From an uncultured Acidobacteriaceae bacterium (GTDB lineage: Bacteria > Acidobacteriota > Terriglobia > Bryobacterales > Bryobacteraceae): 64,000 nt of DNA. The stretch is taken from positions 44,564 through 108,563 of the forward strand of contig CAWEFG010000003.1 in the NCBI GenBank assembly GCA_963808405.1. The letters run 5' to 3'. Below, one piece after another: positions 47,980-57,665 of this stretch (positions within the stretch are counted from its first letter, which is position 1; each line of letters begins with the position of its first letter). A program made the translations under genes and the position numbers. The notes beneath the pieces are model-generated. The model did no database searches. It was not told the origin of the DNA and worked only from the letters and a program-made list of their open reading frames with translations.

Positions 47980-49760
47980 TGAAGTTCGCCTGGCGGCTTC
48001 GCGCCTGCCGGAGCGGTAGGGACTGGCTTGGGTGGAGGAGAATTGGGCGCTCCCGGTACCGGTGCTGAAGGACTGAGAGGCGGCGGGTTCGGAGCGGCGA
48101 GCGGTTGTGACGTTGCATTCGGCGAAGAAGCGTTTGACGAACTGTTCGGCTGCTTTGCGGTTAGCTGTTTTATATTCGGAAGTTCAGTATTGCCCCATCC
48201 GCCGCCAAGCGCCATAATCAACGATACGCTGGCCGTCATTTGGCGAAGCTGAATTTGCAGTTCAGTTTCGCGGTTGGTCAGCAGCGTGTTTTGCGCGGTA
48301 ATGACGTTCAAATAACTATCCACGCCTCCCCTGTAGCGGGTCAGCGAGAGATCCAGATAATGATTGGCTGAATTGACCGCGGTGTGCTGCTCTACTATCT
48401 CCTCCGAAAGAATGCGTAAAGCGGAAAGGTTGTCTTCGACAGTTTGAAATGCCGTAAGAACAGCTTGGCGATAGTTCGCGACTGTCCCCTCATAGGAGGC
48501 CTGCGCTTGTTGGTTCGCCGCGCGCCGCAACCCCGCATCGAAAATCGTCTGGGCGAGCGTAGGTCCCAGCGACCAAAAGCGACTCGGCCAATCGAACCAT
48601 TGCGTGAAGCTGGAACTCTGGAAACCAGCGCTGGCGCTGAGCGTCAGAGCCGGATAATAAGCCGCTCTGGCGACGCCTATCTCCGCGTTCGCTGCCGCAA
48701 CCTGGCGCTCGGCCGCTGCGATATCGGGTCTTCTCTCGAGCAGCTCGGACGGCAAGGCCACCGGTACCGGCGGAGGGTTTGGAACGAATGGCGCAACCGG
48801 CAGCTCAAATCTTGCAGGCGGTTTTCCGGTGAGTACGGCTATTGCGTGCTCGTATTGAGCTCGTGCCACGCCGAGATCCGTTTGCTGCGCAATCGCTGTA
48901 TCCAGCTGAGTTTGCGCCTGCGAGACGTCTTCATCGGAATCGATTCCGCCGCGGAAACGCGCGAGCGTCAGGTCAAGCGTCTGACGGTAATTGGCGACAG
49001 TATCTCGCAAGATCACCCGCTGCGCATCGATGGCCCGAACCTGGAAATAATCTTGCGCAAGCTCCCCCTGCGTGCTGAGCAGCGCGGTTGCAACATCCGC
49101 CGCGCTCGCTTGCGCTTGATACGCGCTGACCAGAACCGCATTGCGAAGCTTGTGCCAAAGGTCTATGGTGTACGAGACGTCGACCGGCAGCGAGAAATCG
49201 TTGATCACTCCCGTATTCGAACTGCCCGCTACGGCTGTGCTCGAACCCGTCCCGGCAACGCCGCCGCCGGTCGTTGTTCCAGTAGTCGTGGTTGTGGAGT
49301 TTGCCGCGCCCCCCGCTCCTATCACGTGCGCGCTCTTAGACGTTTGTGAGAAGCGGGAATTCGTGTATTGAGCCGATGCGGTAACCACCGGAAACAGCGA
49401 CGCTCTTCCGGAGAGCACAAGCGAGCGCGCTACCCGGAAATTCGCTTCCGCTCCCGCAATAGTCTGGTTCGAAATATGAACCTGCTCCTCGAGCGCGTTC
49501 AACTGAGGATCGTTGTACATCTCCCACCAATTGCCACGAATCTTATCGTCGCCAGGTTGTGCCAGTTTCCACCCGGTGCCTTCCTTATATTCCTGCGGAA
49601 TCGCCTCTTTGAAAGCAGTAGGCGTTTGCGCGGGAGGCTTTGCGTATTTCGGAGCGGGATTGCATGCGGAAAGCAGGCCCAATACAAGAGCGACTACGGT
49701 AAGTCCACTCGGCCCAGAGGGCATCCCACGTCGTGGTTCTGTACTAATTTTCAACTTCAT
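47976..49760 (-). CDS. RND efflux outer-membrane factor lipoprotein (NodT family) with Pro-rich C-terminal tail
   Basis: Lipobox LGLLSAC. Two OEP repeats (WWEMYNDPQLNALE..., RPDIAAAERQVAAANAEIGVARAAYYPALTLSA...). About 70-aa Pro/Ser/Ala-rich C-terminus. Confidence 0.88.
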   Translation of the reverse strand: MKLKISTEPRRGMPSGPSGLTVVALVLGLLSACNPAPKYAKPPAQTPTAFKEAIPQEYKEGTGWKLAQPGDDKIRGNWWEMYNDPQLNALEEQVHISNQTIAGAEANFRVARSLVLSGRASLFPVVTASAQYTNSRFSQTSKSAHVIGAGGAANSTTTTTGTTTGGGVAGTGSSTAVAGSSNTGVINDFSLPVDVSYTIDLWHKLRNAVLVSAYQAQASAADVATALLSTQGELAQDYFQVRAIDAQRVILRDTVANYRQTLDLTLARFRGGIDSDEDVSQAQTQLDTAIAQQTDLGVARAQYEHAIAVLTGKPPARFELPVAPFVPNPPPVPVALPSELLERRPDIAAAERQVAAANAEIGVARAAYYPALTLSASAGFQSSSFTQWFDWPSRFWSLGPTLAQTIFDAGLRRAANQQAQASYEGTVANYRQAVLTAFQTVEDNLSALRILSEEIVEQHTAVNSANHYLDLSLTRYRGGVDSYLNVITAQNTLLTNRETELQIQLRQMTASVSLIMALGGGWGNTELPNIKQLTAKQPNSSSNASSPNATSQPLAAPNPPPLSPSAPVPGAPNSPPPKPVPTAPAGAKPPGELQ

Positions 49761-50034
49761 CGCTCACCCGTGAAATCCAACGGCGCAGATAAATGGGACA
49801 GTTGACAAGCTTGATGTTGTCGGCAGCCTGCGCCGATATATACTGCACAGCTTTTCGATCCACCAGCGTCACCTCGCTCAAGTCGATGTAAATCCGTTGA
49901 TCGGCGCCTCTGAATTCGGAAATGGAATGTTCCAGTTCCGGCAGCGCGTCTTCACTGAATCTTCCGTTGAGCAGGAGCGTGACAGACCCTTCCGCCGGAT
50001 GCCGTTCCGCAATGATCTTGTAGTGAATTTCCAT
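49744..50034 (-). CDS. Small STAS-like (anti-sigma-antagonist fold) protein
   Basis: 96 aa from ATG 50034: ...VTLLLNGRFSEDALPELEHSISEFRGADQRIYIDLSEVTLVDRKAVQYI...IKLVNCP. This follows the SpoIIAA/STAS pattern but lacks the phosphorylatable Ser (VDRKAV instead of DSSG). Confidence 0.55.
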   Translation of the reverse strand: MEIHYKIIAERHPAEGSVTLLLNGRFSEDALPELEHSISEFRGADQRIYIDLSEVTLVDRKAVQYISAQAADNIKLVNCPIYLRRWISRVSDEVEN

Positions 50035-50042
50035 TGGGGTTC

Positions 50043-53000
50043 CTAGGCTGGACCAGCGGCTTCCGCCGGCGCTTCCGGCAATCGACCCCCGCGTAAACCT
50101 TCCACCCACAGGCGCATGCGATCCATATACAGATAAATCACCGGAGTGGTGTACAACGTCAGCGCTTGACTCACGATCAGCCCGCCCACGATCGTGATTC
50201 CGAGCGGGCGCCTTAGCTCGGATCCCGTGCCCGTTCCGAGCGCCAGCGGCAATCCTCCTAACATCGCGGCCATGGTGGTCATCATGATGGGCCGAAAACG
50301 AAGCAGGCACGCTTCGAAGACCGCATCCCTCGGACTCTTGTGATCGCGCCGCTCCACATCCAGCGCGAAATCGATCATCATGATCGCGTTCTTCTTCACA
50401 ATTCCAATCAGAAGGATGATCCCTATCAGCGCAATCACGCTCAGATCGGTGTGGGTGATCAGAAGCGCGAGAATCGCTCCTACTCCGGCCGAGGGCAGTG
50501 TCGACAAAATCGTGATCGGGTGAATATAACTCTCATAGAGGATTCCCAACACGATGTAAACGGCAGCGAGCGCCGCCGCAATTAGCACCGGCTCATTGGC
50601 GAGCGAGGATTGAAACGCTTGCGCCGTTCCGCTGAAACTTCCGGTGATCGAGGTGGGCATTCCCGCTTTCATCTCCATCGCATTGATTTCGGTCACGGCG
50701 GTCCCTAATGCCACGCCGGGCCCGAGATTAAAGGAGATAGTGACCGAAGGGAAAATGCCGGAATGGTTTACCGCCAGCGCTGCCGTCGATCGCTGAAAAT
50801 GCGTGAACGTCGCAAGTGGAATGCCTGGTCCGTCCGTTGTCGACGTTGTTGTGACATAGATCTCCTTCAAACCATCGGGGTTTTGCCAGAATACCGGATC
50901 CACCTCCATGACCACGAAATACTGATTCATCGCGGTATAGGTCTTGGCGATCTCGCGCTCTCCAAACGCATCGTAGAGAACGTTGTCGATCGCCTGCGGA
51001 GTAATGCCCATCCTCGATGCCGTGGGACGGTCGATAACCAGATTCGCTTCGAGCCCATTGTTCTGCTGATCGCTGTTGACGTCCGTCAAGTCCGGCATCT
51101 TCTTCATCAAATTCATCAGCAATGGCGCCCAATGCGTCAGCTCTTCCAGATTGTCGCTTTGAAGCGTGTATTGATACTGAGCGGGACTCTGACGTCCCCC
51201 AATGCGTAAATCTTGAGATGCCTGAAGCACCAAATTCACACCCGGAACAACCGCCAATTTCGGACGCAAGCGATTGATGATTTGGTCGGCTGTCACCTTG
51301 CGCTCGTTCAACGGCTTGAGTGCCATGAATGCGCGCCCTGTATTGGTGGTGGTGCCGCCGCCTCCCCCCGTAAACGCCTGCACGGTCGCTACCCCGGGAT
51401 CCGCTTGTACGATCTTGGCTAATTCGAAGATCTTCTTTTGCATCGCTTGGAACGATGTGCTTTGATCGCCGATAAAATTCCCGTTCATGCGGCCGGTGTC
51501 TTGCTGGGGGAAAAAGCCTTTCGGGATGATCACGTATAGATACACATTCAAAGCCAATGTCGCGATCGCGATCAGCAAAACCAACGCCGAATTCCTCAAA
51601 ACCCAGGCCAGGCTGTGCTCATAGACTTTAAGGATGAATTGAAATACCCGCTCGCTCGCTTGATACAGTCTTCCCCGTCCTTTCTCGTCGCTGAGCAAGC
51701 GCGAGCACATCATGGGCGTTGTCGTCAGAGAAATGGCCAGGGAAACAAGAATGGTGACCGACAACGTAATTGCAAATTCGCGAAATAGCCGTCCGATAAT
51801 TCCTCCCATCATCAAAATCGGGATGAACACGGCAACCAGCGAAATACTGATAGACAGAACCGTGGAACCGATCTCCGAAGCCCCTGTGAACGCCGCTTCC
51901 ATGGCTCCCATGCCCTGTTCGCGGTATCGGGTGATGTTCTCGAGGACTACAATGGCGTCGTCAACCACGAACCCGGTAGAGATAGTAAGGGCCATCAGCG
52001 ACAAATTGTCGATGCTGAAGCCCAACAGATACATGACCCCGCACGTACCGATCAGCGAGACGGGAACCGCAACGCTGGGAATCAAGGTAGCCCGCACGAT
52101 CGCGCAGGAAAACGAATACGACCAAAACGACCAGCGAAACCGAGATCAGAAGCGTTCGCTCCACATCTTTAACGGAGGCGCGGATGGTTACGGTCTGGTC
52201 CAAGGTGATGGTCATCTCCACAGCGCGGTTGATCGACGCCTGCAATTGCGGCATCGCGGACTTGATGCCGTCGACGGTATCGATAATATTCGCCCCCGGC
52301 TGGCGAAAGATAATCAGCAAGGCGGATCGCTTTCCGTTCGCCAAACCCAACGACCGCAGAGTTTGCACTGAATCCGTCACGCGCGCGACGTCCGATAGCC
52401 GCACGGCCGCGCCGCTGCGATAGCTGACAATCACAGGGGCGTAATCGGCTGCGTGCATCAGTTGATCGTTCCCATTGATCATCCAGGTTCTCTTTGCGTC
52501 GGAGAAAACTCCTTTCGCCAAATTCGCGGTTTGGGCGGCTACCCCGGTACGAATATTGTCGAGAGTTAACCCATAGCTGTTGATCTGCGTAGGGTTGACG
52601 TCGATGCGTACGGCTGGCGCTGAACTGCCTCCGACGGTAACCTGTCCAACGCCGCGAATTTGCGAGATCCTCTGCATCAAAATTGTCGATGCCGTGTCAT
52701 AAAGCGCGCTGGTGGGCAGCTTGTTCGATGTCAAAGCGACGATCATGATCGGCGAATCCGCCGGATTCACTTTTCGATAAGTGGGATTGCTGGGAAGATC
52801 GGCGGGAAGGTATCCTCGCGCTGCATTGATGGCGGCTTCCACGTCGCGCGCCGCCGCGTCAATGTTGCGGCTTAAATCGAATTGAAGCGTGATACTGGTT
52901 TGTCCCAGCGTGCTGGTCGAGGTCATTTCGGTGACGCCGGCAATTCGTCCGAACTGACGCTCCAGCGGAGTGGCGACGGAAGACGCCATAATTTCCGGGC

Positions 53001-53163
53001 TGGCGCCGGGCAGTCCCGTGGATACCGAAACGGTGGGAAAGTCAACCTGCGGAAGCGGAGACACGGGAAGAAGTCGAAACGCAACGGCGCCCCCGAGGGC
53101 AATCGCCGCCGTCAACAAGGTTGTGGCGATGGGCCGCTTGATAAATGGAGACGAGAGGCTCAC
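50043..53163 (-). pseudogene. RND efflux permease (MdtC-like second pump subunit) interrupted by a single +1 frameshift
   Basis: ORFs 51961..53163 (N-terminal 1/3) and 50043..52097 (C-terminal 2/3) join at FVFLRDRA|ATLIPSVAVP. Removing one G of the GGG run (plus-strand ccc 52091-52093) restores alignment to the paralog [18 protein letters not shown]. Total length 3121 nt = 1040 codons + 1. Confidence 0.85.
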
Positions 53164-53166
53164 AAA

Positions 53167-56100
53167 TTAATCTCCACTCGCGGGCGCCGGCTGCATACCC
53201 GCCGCCGGGCCCCGTCCTCGTTTGCGAAGCTCCGCGACTTTCGAAGCAAGCGTGTCGAAGAAGAGATAAATGACCGGCGTTGTGTATAAGGTCAGCAGCT
53301 GGCTGAAGATCAATCCGCCGATAATCGTTATTCCGAGCGGCCGCCGGAGCTCCGATCCGACACCTCGTCCAAAGGCCAGCGGCACCGCGCCCAGCAGGGC
53401 CGCCATCGTAGTCATCAAGATGGGGCGGAAACGAAGCAGCGCCGCTTGAAAAATCGCCTCGCGCGCAGGCTTGTGTTCGCTGCGCTCCGAATCGAGAGCG
53501 AAATCGATCATCATAATGGCGTTCTTCTGTACGATTCCTATCAGCAGAACGATGCCGATGATGGCGACGACGGTCAGCTCCGACCGGCATATCAGCAGCG
53601 CAAGAATCGCGCCGACTCCGGCCGAAGGAAGCGTCGAAAGTATGGTGATCGGATGGATATAACTTTCATACAGCACGCCGAGGACAATGTAGACCGTCAC
53701 CAGCGCCGCTAAAATCAACAGAGATTCATTCGTCAACGATGCGATGAACGCTTGCGCCGTGCCTTGAAACGACGTCTGCATGGCCGCGGGCGGCGGCAGC
53801 TGTTTCTCCACATTGCGTATGGCATTGACTGCTTCTCCAAGAGCCGCTCTCGGCGTGAGATTAAAAGACACAGTCGTCGCCGGAAACTGGCCGACGTGGC
53901 TGATCAGGATGGGCATCGAAGAACTCGACGTCTGAGTGAAAGCGCTCAGCGGAACCGGCGCGCCGTTGCTCGATTTTATGTAAATGTTCTGCAGATTCCG
54001 GGGATGCGTCTGGAATTGCGGCTGTACTTCCAAAATGACGTGATACTGGTTCAACTGCGTGAAAAGAGTGGAGACCTGCCGCTGGCCAAACGAATCGTAG
54101 AGCGTCGCATCGATGTTCTGCGCAGTGATGCCGACGCGCATGGCCGTTTCGCGGTCAATCGCCAGCGATGTCGCCAATCCGTGCGTCTGCAGATCGCTAG
54201 CAACGTCGGCCAGTTGAGGAAGCGCTTTCAGCTTGTCGACAAACTGCGCGGTATAACTCGCGAGCTCATTCGGATCGGGATCTTCAAGGCTGTATTGATA
54301 TTCCGTCCTGCTCACGATGTCTTCCACAGACAGGTCTTGCACCGGCTGCATGTAAAGCACCATGCCGTCCACTTTCGCGAGTTCCGGTTCCAGGCGCCGG
54401 ATCACGTCCGAGGCATTGACATGGTTGCGCTGTGCCAAGCCCTTTAAGTTGATCTGGATGCGGCCGCTGTTCAAAGTTGTATTCGTGCCGTCGACCCCGA
54501 TGAACGACGAGAGGCTGTCGACTGCGGGATCCTTCAAAATGACCCCCGCGATGCGCTGCTGCAGGCGGGACATTTCGGGAAACGAGATACTCTGGTCCGC
54601 TTCCGAAACACCCTGGATTTCGCCGGTATCCTGCACCGGGAAAAACCCTTTGGGAATGACGATATAGAGCAAAATGGTCAGAGCCAAGGTGCCCGCGGCG
54701 ATCGCCAGGGTCAGGTTTCGATGCTCGAGCACCCATTCCAGGGTCCTGCCGTAAAACGCAATGATCCGCTCAAATACTTTTTCCGAGGCCTTATAAAACC
54801 TGTTTTGCTGCGCTTCGGGCTTGTGCCGCAAGAGTTTCGCGCAAAGCATCGGCGTAAGCGTCAGCGAGACGGCCGCGGACACGATGATAGTGACAGCCAG
54901 CGTAACCGCGAATTCGCGGAACAGACGGCCAGTGATGTCGCCCATGAACAGCAGCGGAATCAATACCGCGATCAGCGAGACCGTCAACGACATGATGGTG
55001 AATCCAATCTGCTCGGCGCCCTTCAGCGCTGCCTCCAAAGCCGGCTCGCCTTGCTCCACGTAACGCATGATGTTCTCGATCATGACGATGGCGTCATCGA
55101 CCACGAACCCTGTCGAAATCGTCAAAGCCATCAGCGTCAGATTGTTCAAGCTGTATCCCAGCAGATACATCACTGCGAACGTGCCGACCAGCGATAACGG
55201 CACCGCAACGCTTGGGATGAAAGTGGCCGCAAGATTTCGCAGGAACACAAAGATGACCATCACGACCAGCACGATGCACAACAGCAGCTCGAATTCCACA
55301 TCGGAAACAGAAGAGCGAACCGTTATCGTTCTGTCGGTCAACACCTGGACGCCGATAGACGACGGGATGGTCGCCTGCAGCTTTGGCAGCAGCGCTTTCA
55401 CCCGATCCACGACTTGGATAATATTTGCGCCGGGCTGCCTCTGCACGTTCACGATCACCGCTGGAGTTTGATTCATCCAGGCGGCTTGCCGTATGTTCTC
55501 GATTCCGTCGATCACTTTCGCGACGTCCTTCAGCATGACCGGCGCGCCGTTCTTGTAAGCTACGATCACTTGCGCGTAATCGCTTGCGCTTAGAAGCTGA
55601 TCGTTCGCGCCGATTTGATACGCCTGGTGAGCGCCATCGAAGCTGCCCTTCGCCTGGTCAAGACTTGTAGCGGTCAGCGCTGTGTGTACGTCTTCGAGAT
55701 TCAAGCCATAAGAAGCGAGCTGGGTGGGGTTGGCCTGAATCCGAACTGCCGGCTTTTGTCCGCCGCTGATCGTCACCGCTCCTACGCCGGCGAGCTGCGA
55801 GATCTTTTGCGCCAAACGAGTGTCCGCGTAATCCTCTACCTGCTGCAATGCCATCGAGCTCGAGGTCAACGCGAGCGTCAGGATAGGCGCGTCCGCGGGA
55901 TTGGTTTTGCTGTAGATGGGAGGCAGCGGCAGGTCGGCAGGCAGAAAGGTCTGCGCGGCGTTGATGGCTGCCTGAACCTCTTGCTCCGCAACGTCTATGT
56001 TCAAGCTCAGGACGAACTGCAACGTGATAACCGATGCGCCCTGCGAGCTGGTCGATAGCATCTGGTTCAATCCCGGCACTTCGCCAAGCTGCCGTTCCAA

Positions 56101-56298
56101 GGGGGCCGTCACCGCGGAAGCAACCACGTCCGGACTGGCGCCCGGATAAAAGGTAACGATCTGCATCACCGGATAATCCACCTCCGGCAGCGCCGAAACC
56201 GGAAGCTGCTTATACGCGACAATGCCGACCAGCAGGATCGCGGCCATCAGCAGTGAAGTTGCAATCGGCCGCAGAATAAAAGGACGCGACGGATTCAT
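53167..56298 (-). CDS. RND efflux permease (MdtB-like)
   Basis: 1043 aa. [36 protein letters not shown], a 12-TM / two large periplasmic loop architecture. Confidence 0.92.
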   Translation of the reverse strand: MNPSRPFILRPIATSLLMAAILLVGIVAYKQLPVSALPEVDYPVMQIVTFYPGASPDVVASAVTAPLERQLGEVPGLNQMLSTSSQGASVITLQFVLSLNIDVAEQEVQAAINAAQTFLPADLPLPPIYSKTNPADAPILTLALTSSSMALQQVEDYADTRLAQKISQLAGVGAVTISGGQKPAVRIQANPTQLASYGLNLEDVHTALTATSLDQAKGSFDGAHQAYQIGANDQLLSASDYAQVIVAYKNGAPVMLKDVAKVIDGIENIRQAAWMNQTPAVIVNVQRQPGANIIQVVDRVKALLPKLQATIPSSIGVQVLTDRTITVRSSVSDVEFELLLCIVLVVMVIFVFLRNLAATFIPSVAVPLSLVGTFAVMYLLGYSLNNLTLMALTISTGFVVDDAIVMIENIMRYVEQGEPALEAALKGAEQIGFTIMSLTVSLIAVLIPLLFMGDITGRLFREFAVTLAVTIIVSAAVSLTLTPMLCAKLLRHKPEAQQNRFYKASEKVFERIIAFYGRTLEWVLEHRNLTLAIAAGTLALTILLYIVIPKGFFPVQDTGEIQGVSEADQSISFPEMSRLQQRIAGVILKDPAVDSLSSFIGVDGTNTTLNSGRIQINLKGLAQRNHVNASDVIRRLEPELAKVDGMVLYMQPVQDLSVEDIVSRTEYQYSLEDPDPNELASYTAQFVDKLKALPQLADVASDLQTHGLATSLAIDRETAMRVGITAQNIDATLYDSFGQRQVSTLFTQLNQYHVILEVQPQFQTHPRNLQNIYIKSSNGAPVPLSAFTQTSSSSMPILISHVGQFPATTVSFNLTPRAALGEAVNAIRNVEKQLPPPAAMQTSFQGTAQAFIASLTNESLLILAALVTVYIVLGVLYESYIHPITILSTLPSAGVGAILALLICRSELTVVAIIGIVLLIGIVQKNAIMMIDFALDSERSEHKPAREAIFQAALLRFRPILMTTMAALLGAVPLAFGRGVGSELRRPLGITIIGGLIFSQLLTLYTTPVIYLFFDTLASKVAELRKRGRGPAAGMQPAPASGD

Positions 56299-57530
56299 TT
56301 CGGCTGCGCCTGCTGCTGACCACTACCTTCGGGGTTGCTTACGTTGTTGGATGGCGCCATGGACTTCCGAATCGCTACTTTGACTCCGTCCTGCAGCCGA
56401 TCGAAGCCGTCGGTGACCAGCGTCTCGCCGGGCTTGACCCCCGTCACTGCGGCAGTATCGCCATCGGTTGTCGCGATGTTGATATTCCGCGACTGTACGG
56501 TTTTCTTGGCTGGATCCACTACGTAGACAAATGCCGCATCCCCATTGCGCTGAATGGTCGCGGTGGGAATGAGATTCACGGTATTCAGCGTCCGCACAAG
56601 CAATTTCGCATTTACAAATTCATTCGGAAAAAGTTTGTTATCGCGATTCGCAAAAGTGGCGCGCACTTTCACCGTGCCCGTAGTCGTATCGATCTGGTTG
56701 TCGATCGTCAGAACGGTGCCCTGCGCCAGATCGGTTTGATCTGCGCGATCCAGAGCGTCCACGCGCAATTTGTGCCCGCCCCGCATCTGGCTGACCACTT
56801 CCGACAGGTAATCCTCAGCCATCGTGAAGATCACCGTAATCGGTTGCAGCTGCGTTATGGTCAGCAAATTCGTGGTGCCATTGGCTTGCACGATGTTGCC
56901 TGGATCCACTAACCGCAATCCCACGCGGCCGTCAATGGGCGCTGTGATTCGCGTGTATTCGACGTTTACTTTCGCAGCATCGAGATTTCCCTCGTCCAAT
57001 TTGACGGTGCCCTGATCTTGCTCGACAGTCGCCTGCTGCGTGGCAAGCTGCTGCTCGGGAATCGCCTTCTGCTGGTAAATCATTTTGTAACGGTCCAGGT
57101 CGATGAGCGCATTCTTCAGCAGCGCCTGATCGCGCGCGAGTTGTCCTTGCGCTTGTGTCATCACAGCTGCATATGGTCGCGCGTCGATCACCGCGAGCAG
57201 ATCGCCCTTATGAACAATCTGGCCTTCCCGGTAATGTACCTCCATCAGTTGACCCACTACACGGCTGGTTACATTGGCTGTGTAGACCGGCGTGACCGTC
57301 CCGATTGCAGTGATATAGACGCCGATGTTCCCTTGCCGAACGGTATCTACGGAAACGGATATCGCTCCCGTACCTTGCTTGCCGCTCTTCCCGCCCTTTC
57401 CACCCGCCGCCGGCGCTGTCGATCGCTGCGACAGCAGGTAGCCGCCGCCCAGTAGAATGCAGATCGCGGCTATCCAGACCGCCCAATGTCTCCTGGCGCG
57501 TGCAGTGCTCATACTCGGCATGTATCTCAA
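56295..57530 (-). CDS. RND efflux periplasmic adaptor (membrane fusion protein, MdtA-like)
   Basis: 411 aa. N-terminal TM anchor, a lipoyl / alpha-hairpin / beta-barrel pattern ([20 protein letters not shown]). ATGA overlap with the RND gene. Confidence 0.9.
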   Translation of the reverse strand: MRYMPSMSTARARRHWAVWIAAICILLGGGYLLSQRSTAPAAGGKGGKSGKQGTGAISVSVDTVRQGNIGVYITAIGTVTPVYTANVTSRVVGQLMEVHYREGQIVHKGDLLAVIDARPYAAVMTQAQGQLARDQALLKNALIDLDRYKMIYQQKAIPEQQLATQQATVEQDQGTVKLDEGNLDAAKVNVEYTRITAPIDGRVGLRLVDPGNIVQANGTTNLLTITQLQPITVIFTMAEDYLSEVVSQMRGGHKLRVDALDRADQTDLAQGTVLTIDNQIDTTTGTVKVRATFANRDNKLFPNEFVNAKLLVRTLNTVNLIPTATIQRNGDAAFVYVVDPAKKTVQSRNINIATTDGDTAAVTGVKPGETLVTDGFDRLQDGVKVAIRKSMAPSNNVSNPEGSGQQQAQPK

Positions 57531-57665
57531 CTATGCTTCGCAAATAAATCTTTCCGCGACTGCCGAAAGATCTACCCTCGCCTCCGCCATTCGGCATAGG
57601 TCGCGACACGACTAAAACGATCCCTCTTCTGCTTCGATATACTTGCAGCGAAGCGGCTTTTCGTA

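Noticed and set aside
50035-50310. Upstream 92 codons of ORF 49744..50310
   Set aside because: This part overlaps the 3' end of the RND gene in another frame and is Arg/His/Gly-rich. Only the last 96 codons, from ATG 50034, look like a real (STAS-like) protein.
52085-52100. Programmed ribosomal frameshift in the second RND gene
   Set aside because: There is no slippery X XXY YYZ heptamer or obvious downstream structure. A simple extra base in a G3 run explains it, and RND pumps are not known to use recoding.
57631-57654. GCTTCG-N12-CGAAGC hairpin upstream of the histidine kinase start
   Set aside because: The stem is only 6 bp with a large loop, there is no T-run, and I cannot assess conservation. 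It is too weak to call a regulatory element.
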